Of a stretch of DNA of 64,000 nt, positions 1 through 11,836 are shown in pieces; within the stretch, counting starts at the first letter, position 1; each line of letters opens with the position of its first letter. The stretch is from NCBI RefSeq assembly GCF_000143415.4, contig NW_003314273.1, positions 1,766,052 through 1,830,051 of the forward strand. The letters are read 5' to 3'. The notes beneath the pieces are model-generated. The model saw only the letters and a program-made list of their open reading frames with translations. It had not been told where the DNA came from and did not search any database. The stretch comes from Selaginella moellendorffii. Lineage: Eukaryota; Plantae; Lycopodiophyta. Position numbers and translations under genes: made by a program.

Positions 1-3000
1 GGGCAAAAAAATGTTCAAGGCTTAAGCATACTATGGGTCATGAGAATTGGTGGAGGTGAACCTATATGAAGTTGTTGGTAGGAGGAAGTTGGTTGAGTTT
101 TGAAAGTTTGCATTCCTGGACTGAGAGTCATTCTTTCTGGGATGGGAAAATTTCCACAAATTTTCTTAAGTTTTTCCAATAGTTGATTTATTGATCACTT
201 TGTCCGAAAACCATTCCGTTTTTGTAAGCCAATACAAACTAGTTAAGGGGTTGGAGTTGACTTCGATTGGCTTAGATCTTAGTAGATAGTTTGTATGATG
301 TGGCCCGAAAGGGATGCTGACTTTTGGGGCTAAAGCAATTGAGTTGGATAGAGTCTAGAGTTGGTGTAGAAAAGTGGCTGTTGCACTTTTTTAAGAAAGG
401 TGACCCTTGTGCCTTTCTTTTATAACATTGTGCTTGGTGGCAAGTTGCACCTTGCATTTTGTTAGACTCTATGAGAGTAGTGAGCTCTCACTGATCTTGT
501 GGTCTTGGTGGTCTTGCACCTTGGCTGAGGATAGTGATGTCCAACTTAGTTGTTTGTAGTTGAGACGTTGGTACCCATACTATAGCTTTGTCTATGAGGA
601 GATTGTGTACCGATATGAGTCCATCTTATGGTCTTCACTTTGGTTCCGACTGAGTGTTGATCATGCATAGCTAGCCTCTTCAAGGCATGCTCAGAGCTAT
701 TGACTAGACGTGTTGGTGAGCTTATTACAATTGAGTTGGATTCGAGTGGTCATTTAGTTTATGCTTGTCCATGAACCTTTATCTTGTGTCTAGGGTATTA
801 CGTTCACGTATATGACTCAATAACATGAGTTTAGTGTTTGGGTCTTGTGAAGGCAAGTTGAAGGGTGATTGTTGATTGCTTTGCAACTAGTGATTACTTG
901 TAAACTTAATTGAGGACTGTTGACACTTGCTTCACTCGATGAAGATTTATCAATGATGGGTTTACTTTACCGGACGGTGTTGCGGAGGATCGTGTCGTTA
1001 GACTTACATGGGTTTTCCATGTTGGCATATCGACTCTACTTCTATCGATATCATTTGGTTGTGCTTAGTTCATGGTGTTGGATTTCATTGAGTCTTGGAT
1101 GTGGTGATTCACTCCTTGATGAAGTGTTATCTGTAACTGAGTATTGTTGAAGGATTGGTTTCGGATATTGAGTAAAGTATCTTTGACCTTGGTTAGCTTA
1201 GTTGCTAAAGAGTTTTGAGTGGTGATTCACTCTTGCTTTCTTCTAGCTTTGTTATAGTGTTGATGGCATTGAAATGATACCTTGTCATTGATATTATTGA
1301 TGTTGAGATTCAAGTGAGATGAGATGTTTCTCCTTAGGATTGACATTGAGTTTCATTAGTCTTAATGAAAACAGTGTTGATGATTTAGCTATGGCTTTGT
1401 GTTATTGGCATTCGTACATTTGCTAGTTAGCAACTATGTTGACGTTCAAATGAATTGAGTAGCAAGTTTGAGTTAGTTGTGTTCTAGACAAAAATATTTA
1501 GTAGAGGTTGAGCTTTGAGCTTTTCCTTGAAAAGTGATTTAGTCATGGACTATGCTAACTCTACAAGTGGAAGAGTTAGTGATCGATATTGAAATATTTG
1601 AATCCTTATGGGATTTTAGTTGAAATATATTAATCATTGATGATTCTTCTTGTGCTTGTTATGAAGTGAATTCGTCTTGCTATAGATGGATTTATGAAGG
1701 ATCGTTTAGTGGTCACTTGTTGAGCATAGTTTCATTATGCTTGGCTTTTGAATTGATGCAGATATGCTTTTCATTAGCTTTGCATTATGAAGTTTAGCTT
1801 CTGGATGTGTTAAGGAGGATGTTGTGCATTATACCATGATTTTCTTCTTAGCATTGAAATTAATTCATGCGAGACTCGTAATCATTGCTAGGCATGACTT
1901 GGCTATAGGCTTATTTGAGCTTTTGGTTCCTTGAGTTTTATGCTCATTGTTCCATTTGTTAGAAGTTGTTGGGGAAGGCATTTTGGCTCATTAGCTTCAA
2001 TGTTGACGTTGGCTTTTGCATCTAGCAATCATTAGTGATGATTGACTATCAGCTAAGGTAGTTGATTATCCTTGTTAAAAAAGTTTTGCTTGATTATTGT
2101 TGATCAAGAATGATTTGCTATTCTTGGGATGGTAAATTCTTTCTTCGACACTGCATTGATGGGATGATTGATGATTTTTTCATGATAGTTAGTTGTTCTC
2201 TTTGATGGCTTATGGCTTTTCGCAATACCACATGTTCTTTGTGGTTTGCTCTGGATTGGTCTCTTGGGTTTGAGACATTAATAGGATGTTGCTAACACTT
2301 GCTTAAGCAACTTGAGTTCCTTGATGTCGTTGACCGGGATCTATTCGGATTGGCTCGTGTGATAATTGGCATGAATGAGTGTTTGTTGGCTATGCAACAT
2401 TCATTCTATTCTGTTGATTATTGCTCGAGTTTGCTTTGATAGATTCGAATGTTATTTCCTTCAGGTGATATATTCGCGAGCATTTTGCTTGTCAGTCAAT
2501 GATACTTTGTGTTCTTTGAGTTCCCTTTTGTAAGTTGTTTGGCATACTATCTGCCATCTTTAGTAGTTAAGTTTTATCATTGAGTTTTCTTGATGATACG
2601 TTAACTATTGAATTTTATTGGATGGTGAATCCTATATTTTCCAATGATAGTGATCTTGGTGGTTCCTATACTCTACTACTGGTTTATCGGATGATAACTT
2701 ACTTGGAATACTTTTGTGTTCTAATCTAAGATATATTCACTGATCATTAAGACTCTAAGATATCATTGTCTATGACTTTGATATTGTCCATTTATTGATC
2801 TTTGAACTTGGGCCAGTGTAGGCAGACTGGCTTCAGCACTTCGTGTACATAGTGAAATCTCTAGTCATGGGGTAGCTACTGTCGACTAGTCACATCGCCC
2901 ACCTCTCTGTCAATGTTCCTTATTCTATTAAAAGGGCGTGACCATGTAAACAATTCTAACTGCCTATTTATAGTAGTCTATCTAAACCTTACCGATGGGT

Positions 3001-3332
3001 TTGGTTTCTTTGCTCATGAGGGTTGGGGCCTTTAGCTTCTCTCTCTATGTTCCTGTGGGCAGGGGCGTATCACACTTTTGTAAGCTAGGTGACTCCCAAA
3101 GCAGCAAGGGTGGCTGACTCCGTTGGTCATTTCCTTGTCGGCGATGGCCAGAAGGTGTCTGAGCTGATAGCGCATCCGCGTTAGACAAAGAGGTTACCCC
3201 TAACTCATTTAAGTTGGTGCATTTCTCATATAGTGTGAGTACTATGAACTTTTTCTGGAGTTGTTTCCTTGGCGGTATTCTAGACTAGAGTATGCATTGA
3301 CGAGGACGTCGATCTTCCCTAGGGGGGGAGAG
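1..3332 (+). mobile_element. Decayed Ty3/gypsy LTR retrotransposon internal region (gag-pol remnant) ending in a polypurine tract
   Basis: No long ORF, T-rich. Residual zinc-knuckle tail GHLVYACP (748-771) and aspartic-protease-like VIVDCFATSDYL (865-900). Ends with GAGGACGTCGATCTTCCCT-AGGGGGGGAGAG (PPT, 3321-3332) immediately followed by TG. Confidence 0.7.
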
Positions 3333-4948
3333 TGTCGCAAATATGACTTTGGGTATCGAAAGATAGTGTCGCGAATGTGACTTCGGGTATCGAAAGATAC
3401 TTGTCGACCAGTCCTTATGGGGACTCTTTCCTTACTACCACGATGGCAGGAGGTCGGTACTGCTAGTCCCTTTTATGGTCTCCACTCAAGCTAGTTGAGA
3501 AACTAGTCATCGCATGTGCATTTGACTAGATGAGCATAAGGACGGAATTCCTACATATTATTTGTCAAGCATACTTGACTTGGTTAGAGAAACTCATTCG
3601 TTGACTTGCACTTGCTAGTGTTAGAAACCCCCATGATATTGAGCTTGGTCCCTCAATATTGCTAGATGCTAGCTTACCGTGTCTGCCAAACACCCTCGCT
3701 ATCATGCCCTTTGTGTTAGTTTCATTTCGGTCCCAAATGCTATTTATGGAAAGTGTCCAGATTTGCTCATTTGGCACATATACAGAATGTAGAGATTGTT
3801 CTGAACACAATGGTGTTTGTCCCATGTCCAAATTCACAATCTAAGGATATTCCATATTTAGTAAGTTTCGAGTTTGTCCCAGAACTCCTGATACTAAGGA
3901 TGGCTTGGGGTAAAAGCCCAAAGCATGTGTTCCTCAGGGGGGGGGGGGGGGGGGCTGTGGGGGGTTCCAAATGTATAGTAGGGTAGTAGGTAGGTCTGGC
4001 ATGGCTGACCAACCCGAGGCATAGTCTAGCTCCTGCTTGCGTGCTTGTCCTTGTTCTGTGTCCGGCTTGGGTCTAAGCCCAAGTTCCACACCATGCTAGC
4101 TGATGGAGTACCCATGTCCTCATGTTAGGCCACCGGTATGCCGAAATAGCGCCAAACTTCGTTTGGCTCCGTTTTGAGTACTGGTCCTGACATTGGGATG
4201 CTAGGTTCTCCAAGACTGTTCCAAGTCGCTCCGGGCTCTTGTCCCTTCGCTCCTTGGGCTTTATGCTCGGGAGTTGCTCCATGGATCGATTCCATCACTC
4301 CTTGGCTCCATACTTGGGAGTTTGGCACCGTTCCTTTGTTCAGTGGCCCAAGGCCCTGAACCTCGAGTTCCACACCATGTTCCTTTGGATACGTGGCATG
4401 TGACACATGGCATCTATCATGTGGCATAAAGAATTGTAAGCCACAAATTTTTCCTTTCTAATTTGCCAACTTACCTCGTCTATCCGTCCAACATTGCCTT
4501 GGCTTTTGCTATGTTCCCTCGCCAAGGTTCCTGCCTATGGTACCAACTCCTACTTAGTCCTACCTGGTTTCAGCTACTCACTGCACGAGCAATGGAGTGT
4601 TAGCCATCCATCCACGGATTCCCAAATCTCTCCCAATCCCCCTCCCCGGGTTAGACTAGACTTAAGGTTCGGCTACACTCCCCACAAGCACAAGCAGCCA
4701 AGCACACCAAGCTTCCAGGTTCCTAACATCCCTTGGTACCACAAGACTTGATCATGGGACCCTCTAAATCCCAAGTCTTGGGTGCAACACTTGCTTCGGG
4801 ATGCCGGGGTGAAACACCGTGGCCTAACGGCCCGGTATGTGACACATGGCATCTATCATGTGGCATAAAGAGGGTTTAAGTTCCGCTTCGTGGTGTTATC
4901 TTATGGTAAATCACCATAGGATAAAAGGTCAAAACCACGTGCGCTACA
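3333..4948 (+). mobile_element. LTR / nested LTR-derived sequence
   Basis: Starts TGTCGC right after the PPT. The first ~34 bp are duplicated (3333, 3367). A G18 tract is followed by TG (3937-3956). A 35-bp direct repeat sits at 4398 and 4837. Ends ...GCGCTACA at 4948 before a PBS. Confidence 0.55.
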
Positions 4949-4950
4949 TT

Positions 4951-4961
4951 TGGTATCAGAG
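4951..4961 (+). other. Primer-binding site (tRNA-iMet type, TGGTATCAGAG)
   Basis: Canonical plant retroelement PBS located 2 nt after a CA LTR end. Confidence 0.75.
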
Positions 4962-5249
4962 ATGTCAATGTCTTCATTGACTATTGACTAGCAACCCCTA
5001 CTGAGCCAAAGGGAACTAACACCTCCATTTACCAATCCTTCCATTGTGTAGATCAGCTATTCCATGTGAGGCAACTAGTCATCCACCCGTACCGTAGTCC
5101 CACAGTGGATACCTTCGTCCGTGGATACTCCACACAAGAGGAAGGACGTACACATGGATGCCTAATACGTACGATTTCAAATTTAGGGGTAGGAATATAC
5201 CTTGCTCAAGGGAGGCACTAATCAATGGGAATCGAACCCGTGTCATTTT

Positions 5250-5424
5250 CTCTGATACTAACTGTAGCACACCTTATCTCTCTCCCTTTAAGCCAACTAA
5301 AAAAGGGGCAATTGCTTGATAAAAGAGGCCTTAGTGGCTATTTTATCCCCATTTATCCCCCAAGGTTCCAAGGATCCACGGTGACAGTATATCCAAATCT
5401 TATCCCATAATCACATGCGCTACA
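5250..5424 (-). mobile_element. Short (162 bp) LTR with TGTAGC...GCTACA termini and adjacent degenerate PBS (TRIM-like)
   Basis: 5263 TGTAGCACAC ... CATGCGCTACA 5424 form inverted termini. On the minus strand the LTR is followed by GT-TAGTATCAGAG (5250-5260). Confidence 0.55.
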
Positions 5425-6294
5425 CTTTCAGGGTTGATCTGAAATCAAGTGCTTATAGTTATAGGTAGAGAAAGTAAGTTGTGCTTTTCAACATGCTGCG
5501 ATGTTTAAAGTATTTATATGCAGCACAGCAAACATGACAAGATCTGCTAGTTATTTTGATTCACAAATACATTCCTAAATTTGTTTTGAGTATATAATGC
5601 TAAAGAACTGCAATTATTGCTCCCTATACGCAAGATGCCAGTTACAGAAATCAACTAATGCTAGGTAAAACCTATATAGAATCAGAAGGTGCAGTACTTC
5701 ATGGGAATCAGTCAAGTGCATCATTGTTGTTCCTAGCTCGAATAGACAAATGCATCAATCATCTCTAAAACACAGATAAGGAGAAAAGGTATTAAAGAAG
5801 TTACAGCTTACCCAGCAGTAAACACATTCCCCAGATGAGAACAGTAGACAGAAAGCTGAATATGCTCAGTTGCATAAACAAATGTTGGGCACCATAAACA
5901 TTGTCATTATGGTTCCTATTCTGACTCACACAGCCCAACTTAACATATAGACTGATGGTAAAGCTGCATGACTCCCTTTTGGACCATAGGATGTTATGAA
6001 TTATTTTCCCAGAAAAATGTAATTTCTTTGTTACATAAAGCAATCCTATAAGACCTCATTTCAATAACTATTGAAGGAACTGATAGTTGATGGGCATCTG
6101 GAATGTATATTTCTATCACATCACACCACCAAGCAAGATAATAATAATACAGTTACTCATTAGCATTTAGACCCCAGCTCTGTTGCACGAACAAGTATAA
6201 TTTTTGAATAAGCAGTATACAAACATCCTCTTTTTGCTATTGAATTTGGTGCCAACATTTTGAAGAGTTTTAGCCTAAGAAATACTAGTACCAG

Positions 6295-8120
6295 TCATAC
6301 CTTTTCCTTCTTTGCTAATGCCTCGCTTCTATGCTCGGCACCCACACCAATGACGTAGCCACAGCCCACCTACACAACAGACTTATAAGCTGTGATCCAT
6401 AAGCGTTGCATTGTGGTCCCTCACCTGGCAATCTTTGAGGGTGACACGCTCTTGGAGATGAACATTACTGCAAATCACTGAATTTTGTACCAAGCATCCG
6501 TCTTCCAGGGTTACATGATTCATCACAACCGAGTTAATGACCTGGACACAAACCGGGCTCAAAACAAAAAAAAAAGAAAAAAAAGAAAAAGAAAAAAACA
6601 ACCTTGACATTGGATCCAATTCTACAGTGGCGTCCAACAACAGATCTCTTGACGCTGCATTTCTCCCCAAGCTCCGAACCTTCGCCAATTATACATTGCG
6701 GTCCAATCTGTAAAATTGAAATCAGCATATAAGGAGTAACAATTTGAAGGCATCTTACAGCCGTCTTGGCACCCGTTTGAGCACTCGGGTGAATTACGTT
6801 GTTCATGCCAGATACCGTGTATCCGGTGAGGTATATCGCGTCTCCTGCAACCTAGAGAGCGGTCAGTGCACAAATCAATTCCGGGTGCATTTGACTCACG
6901 TCTCTGTTTATGTCGCCATACGCTTCTATAGTGTTTACCCGCGCGCAATATCTAGCCTTTCCAGCTACATAAGCAGAGCATGATAATGTGCCCTCCACCC
7001 TTCCATGTTTCTTGAAGAGAAAGCGTAAGTGAAGATTATCGAGCATCTATGTAAATACGAACCAGCTGAGACCGCACAATGTGAGGAACCAGGTCCCTTT
7101 TTATGCTTTTGAATTTTTCGTTTCTCTCCAGTGCCTCGAGCATAAGCTCTCTGTATGGGATAAGAAGAAAGAATCTAGCTGCGCTGAACCAAACCTGTTG
7201 AAGGCGTAAAGGTGCGCGTCCAAAAGGTCAGTATGAAGTTCGACCTTGGGCAACAGTGACAAAGTTAGCTCCCGTGCGTTAATATACTATAACATACTAA
7301 CCTGGCCAGCTTCTCTCATCAAGCACAGCGGAACTTTAACTTCCTTTCCTAGCTGTGAGCCGGAAGCCACGTAGAGCAAACGGTGGCGGGCAGAGTCGAG
7401 GCCAATGACATCGGCAGCAGCCAGTTGTTTGGCCTTTTCTTTGGTGCCTACACCGCCAGCACTGGCCTCACATCCCTCGCCTGGAGTGCGCGGACACAAA
7501 AGAGCAGTCAGCCCTGCTCGTTGCCTCTTGTGAGATGATGCAATGGCTCCCAGTGGTACATCGCATACCATGTCGCCGCTAACAACCTACACGCTTATAG
7601 TGAGCAAACCACTGGCCACCTCTGGCAACATTTACCATGACATTCTCGCTACTGAGCCGATGAGCCACGCTGCGAAGGGCATCCGCTGTCCCACTTTCTT
7701 CCGAGACCGTGGAAACCTGCCCGCCCAGTGAATGACAATGAAGCTGCCAATTACACAGCTCACCTCCACTTGCAGGCGATCGTGATAAGCCTCCGCTATC
7801 CAGCTGCCGACTCTAACACCGGACTCATGGCCCGCGACCACCTTGGGCAGAGACACACACATAAGGGCGCGCAACAAAGTGCAGAGGCTAACTCACCACG
7901 CTCACGTTGTTGAGATTGCTATCCTCCAAAAGGTCCAAGACATAGGAGAGTAGGGGCCTGTTGCCGATGGGCAGCAAGGCTTTAGGGACATCCTTCCAAG
8001 ACGGGGAAATGTAAGCAGAGAGTCACCGCGGCAGGTAAAATGGACTACCTTGGACACAAGAGGGAAGAGATCCTTTGAGCTGCCTCCCGCGACCACCACC
8101 ACTTGGTACTCGTCGCCCAT
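6295..8120 (-). CDS. EIF2B3: Translation initiation factor eIF2B subunit gamma (multi-exon)
   Basis: N-terminal nucleotidyltransferase-like fold (YQVVVVAGGSSKDLFPLVSK, VPKALLPIGNRP, VVSGDMVCDVP). C-terminal hexapeptide LbH repeats (IGEGSELGEKCSVKRSVVGRHCRIG). Ends EALAKKEKV*. Confidence 0.9.
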
Positions 8121-8190
8121 TCTAGTTCTCTATCCGATGCTAGGGCAACAACTATAAATTGTTTTTTCAAAGTCTCAAACAAAACCAATC

Positions 8191-9762
8191 CTAGTCTCCG
8201 TGAATGGTGTAGCGCTCCCACTTCTTTGTGGGATCATAGATCTCCCACCTCGAGGCAGGAAATATGTGCTTGTTCTTCTCATACCAATGCCGCTCCACAA
8301 CCTTACCAGCGTGGGACTGCACAAAGCACAAGCGTCACCAACCGGCATACAAAACCGATATACACAAGGTACCTCGTCCTTCTCAATTGTGGCGTCAGCG
8401 ATTGTGCGTATGTCCTCGTGAACATCAAAATGAAAGAGCTATCATCCACAGACAAATGGGCGTCAAGTCATGACAAAGACACCCATGGGCTTACCGGGCC
8501 GCTCTTTCCTCTGGCCTTGTTGGTGATGAGCTCATAGAAGCTGTGTTGCTGTCAAACAAGGTGGGGAAAAACTTGAACAAGTGGCAACAACTGGAAGGAA
8601 ACGTACATGAGGTATGATCAGATCTTCTTTCACGTAGAGCAGGTTCTCAACAGATGCAGTTCGGATCTCACGGAACTCAGACGCCAATTGCTGCTGGACA
8701 GCCCGTAGGAATTCAGCAATTGTATCGCCCTTTCGCACCTGGCCAAGGAGAAACTGCAGTCAGCAAGGGTAATATCGAGACGAGGTGCGCACTTGAATGA
8801 CTCGCCTGTGCCCCGCTCCGTCCCAGTAGCTGTATGTTATTTCTAGCGGCTCATCTACACAGGGGCGGGTGTTACCATATGCAAAGTTCCACATCGCTTA
8901 CTTTTGATGCGTGTCTGCTCTTGGATCCACTGCTTGCGAAGGCGTTCGCGTTCTGCTTGCTCATCCGCCTCACGCTCCCTGAATAATCATCCTCCGCCCC
9001 CTTGAGAACGCGTTAGCAGTCGATCCACCCAACAAAACAAAGACGGCCCTAGAGTACGAAGTGAAAGCAATACCTGTCAGGTAAGAAACTTGTCTCCACG
9101 GACGGATTCTTGCCGAACTTGCCCAGCTTCTTCTTTTTCCGTTCATCTGCCACGGCTCATGCATTAGGGGACTTGACCGAAGTTGCCAAAGCCATACCAG
9201 CGCTGCCGTTTTCGTCTTCATCGGTGTCACCATCGACTTCGTCCGCAAACGACAGGCGGGAAGGGCCTTTCGCTCGTCTCTTTTTCCTCTTCTGGAGCTG
9301 ACGTTCCTCTTCCCTGCAACACAGTTGGACTCGGACACACGGCCACAAAGACGGGATGTGGGCTTACTCTTGAGCAAGCTTCTGCAGCTTCTCTTTCTCC
9401 TCCTCCTCTATCTTGGTGCGCAAGTTGACCCTCTGCAGTGGCACGCAAATGAAACAAAGTGATGAAACAGGCCAGCTACCTTTTCCACGAACTGCTCCCT
9501 GGTGACAAGCCCAACAGTCTCTTTCTTGAAGGCGCTCTCCAGAATCTGTGGCGGCGAGCTCCGGTAATGAGGGGAAAAGAGAGCAAACAGAAGTCACCTC
9601 TGATGTCCCGGAGCCGAACTGCAGAAGCCCACCCTGCCCTTCAGCCGACTTCTTCTTGAGGTCTTGGATGCGCTTCCGTTCCACTTCGCGCTGCTTCTCC
9701 AGGCGCCGGATGCGAGCGGCGTCCTGCGCCGTCCCGACGTAGCCATCGCCCATGCCCGACAT
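8191..9762 (-). CDS. XCT: XAP5 CIRCADIAN TIMEKEEPER / FAM50 family nuclear protein
   Basis: [67 protein letters not shown], and C-terminal WERYTIHGD*. Confidence 0.95.
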
Positions 9763-9821
9763 CGTCCTCACCCACCCACAAGCCCTAAACAAAAACCTCG
9801 CCCCAATGTCTCGTTTCGGTC

Positions 9822-11762
9822 ATGGCCTGGCGACGCCGCCTCACCTATTGTCGGGAGCACGCGGTTGGGGAGCTCATCAAGCGGTGCAGCACGCCATTGG
9901 AGCTGGAAAGCCTCCACAAGAGCTGCGCGGGCGGCAGCAGCACGTACGTCTGCAACCTTGTGGTGGCCATGTATGGCAAATGCGGAAGCTGCAGCGCTGC
10001 GGAGGCGGTGTTTGCACAAATGGAGCAGCCCAACGTCGTGTCTTGGAATGCCCTCATGGCAGCGTATGCCCACAACGGGCATCATGTGCACGCCAGGGCC
10101 GTCTTCGACAGGATGGAGTTGAGGAACGCGGTGTCATGGACATGCCTCATGACCGGCTACCACAAGGCCGCCTGCATGGAGGTGGCGGAGTGGATCTTTT
10201 CCAGGATGCCCAGCTGGGGAGTCGTGGCCTGGAGTGCGCGGGTAAGTGCCCTCTCCCGCAGCGGGGATGTGGCTAGCGCTGCACGCACGCTGCGGGCAAT
10301 GCCGGCGAGGACCATCGTCGCCTGCAACTCGCTGCTCCGCGCGATTGGGGCCGACCAGCAGCAGGACCGCGGGGATGAGGCGCTGGACGTGTTTTCCCGG
10401 GTGATGCCCCAGCACGACCTGGCCTCGTGGAATGCCATGGTTGGAGTCTACGGCCGGCGCGAGCGGCCCGACGATGCCAAGCGCGTCTTTGACACCATGG
10501 CTGAGAGGGACGTGATATCCTGGACGTCCATGCTGCTGGCTTTCGCCCATGCTGGTGCCACGGGCGACGCAGAGGCCACATTTGCGAAGATGGCCAGCCA
10601 CGACACCACGGCGTGGAACGCGCTGCTGAGGAGCCATGCCAAAGGCAACACGCCCGTGAGCACCAGCCATGCGGCTCGGTTGTTTGACGGGATGCCCCAC
10701 AAGGACATGGCTTCTTGGAACGCCATCCTTGTGGTGTTTACCACGGCGTCTGCGCCCAACGGCGTCAACGCAGCCGCGAGCTGCTTCAACCGGATGCCAC
10801 GGTGGGATGCGAGCTCGTGCACGATACTGATGACGGGCCTGTCCAAGTGTGGGCGTGTCGACTCTGCAAAACAGGTGTTCGACAGTATGCCGCACCGGGA
10901 TGTGGTGGCTTGCAACGCCATGGCGGCAGCATATGCCCGTGAGGGCAGGGTGGCACAAGCCAAGCTTACCTTTGACGGTGCGGCGACACGGGACTGCATG
11001 TCATGGAACACGCTCTTGGGTGGATACAGCCACAACGGGCATGTCGGCGCAGCCAGGCACACCTTTTGTCGGATGCCTTGCCACTGCGTAGCGTCACAAA
11101 GCTCGTTCCTCGCGGCTCTGGCTCACGCCAGGGGTCATCTGGAGGAAGCGGAGGCTGTGTTTAACGGGATGCCACAGCGGGACCTTGTGTCGTGCAATGC
11201 CATGATCCAGGCGTACGCGCTCAACGGCCATGCAGCAAGTGCGAGGAGGATATTTGACGCCATGCAGCGTAGGGATGCGGCGACATGGACAGGGATGATT
11301 GCAGCGTATACCGATGCGGGGCTCTGTGCCTCTGCTGACGCAGTGCTGAGAAGCATGAGCCTGGAAGGTGACGCGGAGCCCGATGGTGCCACCTTCAGCT
11401 GTGTCCTGGCTGGGTTGAGCCAGCGAGGGATGGTGGAAGCAGCGCGCCAGTGCTTCCGGAGCATGGTTTCAAACTATTGCATTCAAGCAAGCATCCAGCA
11501 CTACTGCTGCATGGTGGATGCGCTGGGGCGGAGCAGGCAGCTGCGGCAAGCGGAGGAGCTGGTTGAGGATCTGGTCCGTGGTTGTGCCGCTGGCGATGAC
11601 GATGACATGGGGATCGCGTGGACAGCACTGCTGGCTGCGTGCAAGTTGCATGGTGAGCCGGAGATTGCGGCTCGAGCTGCACACCGAGGTGGTGCCTTTG
11701 CCGCGGGGGCAACGGGCTATGTGCTCCTGTCCACCACCTTCTGCTCATCTCAGGCGACTTAA
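9822..11762 (+). CDS. PLS-class pentatricopeptide repeat protein with E domain, intronless
   Basis: Tandem ~31-aa motifs (FDxMPxRDVVSWNAM), HYCCMVDALGRS, WTALLAACKLHG and YVLLS. No DYW domain. Confidence 0.9.
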   Translation: MAWRRRLTYCREHAVGELIKRCSTPLELESLHKSCAGGSSTYVCNLVVAMYGKCGSCSAAEAVFAQMEQPNVVSWNALMAAYAHNGHHVHARAVFDRMELRNAVSWTCLMTGYHKAACMEVAEWIFSRMPSWGVVAWSARVSALSRSGDVASAARTLRAMPARTIVACNSLLRAIGADQQQDRGDEALDVFSRVMPQHDLASWNAMVGVYGRRERPDDAKRVFDTMAERDVISWTSMLLAFAHAGATGDAEATFAKMASHDTTAWNALLRSHAKGNTPVSTSHAARLFDGMPHKDMASWNAILVVFTTASAPNGVNAAASCFNRMPRWDASSCTILMTGLSKCGRVDSAKQVFDSMPHRDVVACNAMAAAYAREGRVAQAKLTFDGAATRDCMSWNTLLGGYSHNGHVGAARHTFCRMPCHCVASQSSFLAALAHARGHLEEAEAVFNGMPQRDLVSCNAMIQAYALNGHAASARRIFDAMQRRDAATWTGMIAAYTDAGLCASADAVLRSMSLEGDAEPDGATFSCVLAGLSQRGMVEAARQCFRSMVSNYCIQASIQHYCCMVDALGRSRQLRQAEELVEDLVRGCAAGDDDDMGIAWTALLAACKLHGEPEIAARAAHRGGAFAAGATGYVLLSTTFCSSQAT

Positions 11763-11836
11763 CTCCTCAACTCGGTTTCAATATTCCAAGGAACTAGCGA
11801 CGAAAGAAAAAAAGGGGGCAAAACAAGAGACCATGG

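Noticed and set aside
3937-3954. G18 run as a functional G-quadruplex
   Set aside because: More simply a polypurine tract or homopolymer within LTR sequence; the length may be a sequencing artefact.
5225-5240. tRNA gene
   Set aside because: Only a B-box/T-loop match; no cloverleaf or A-box could be built.
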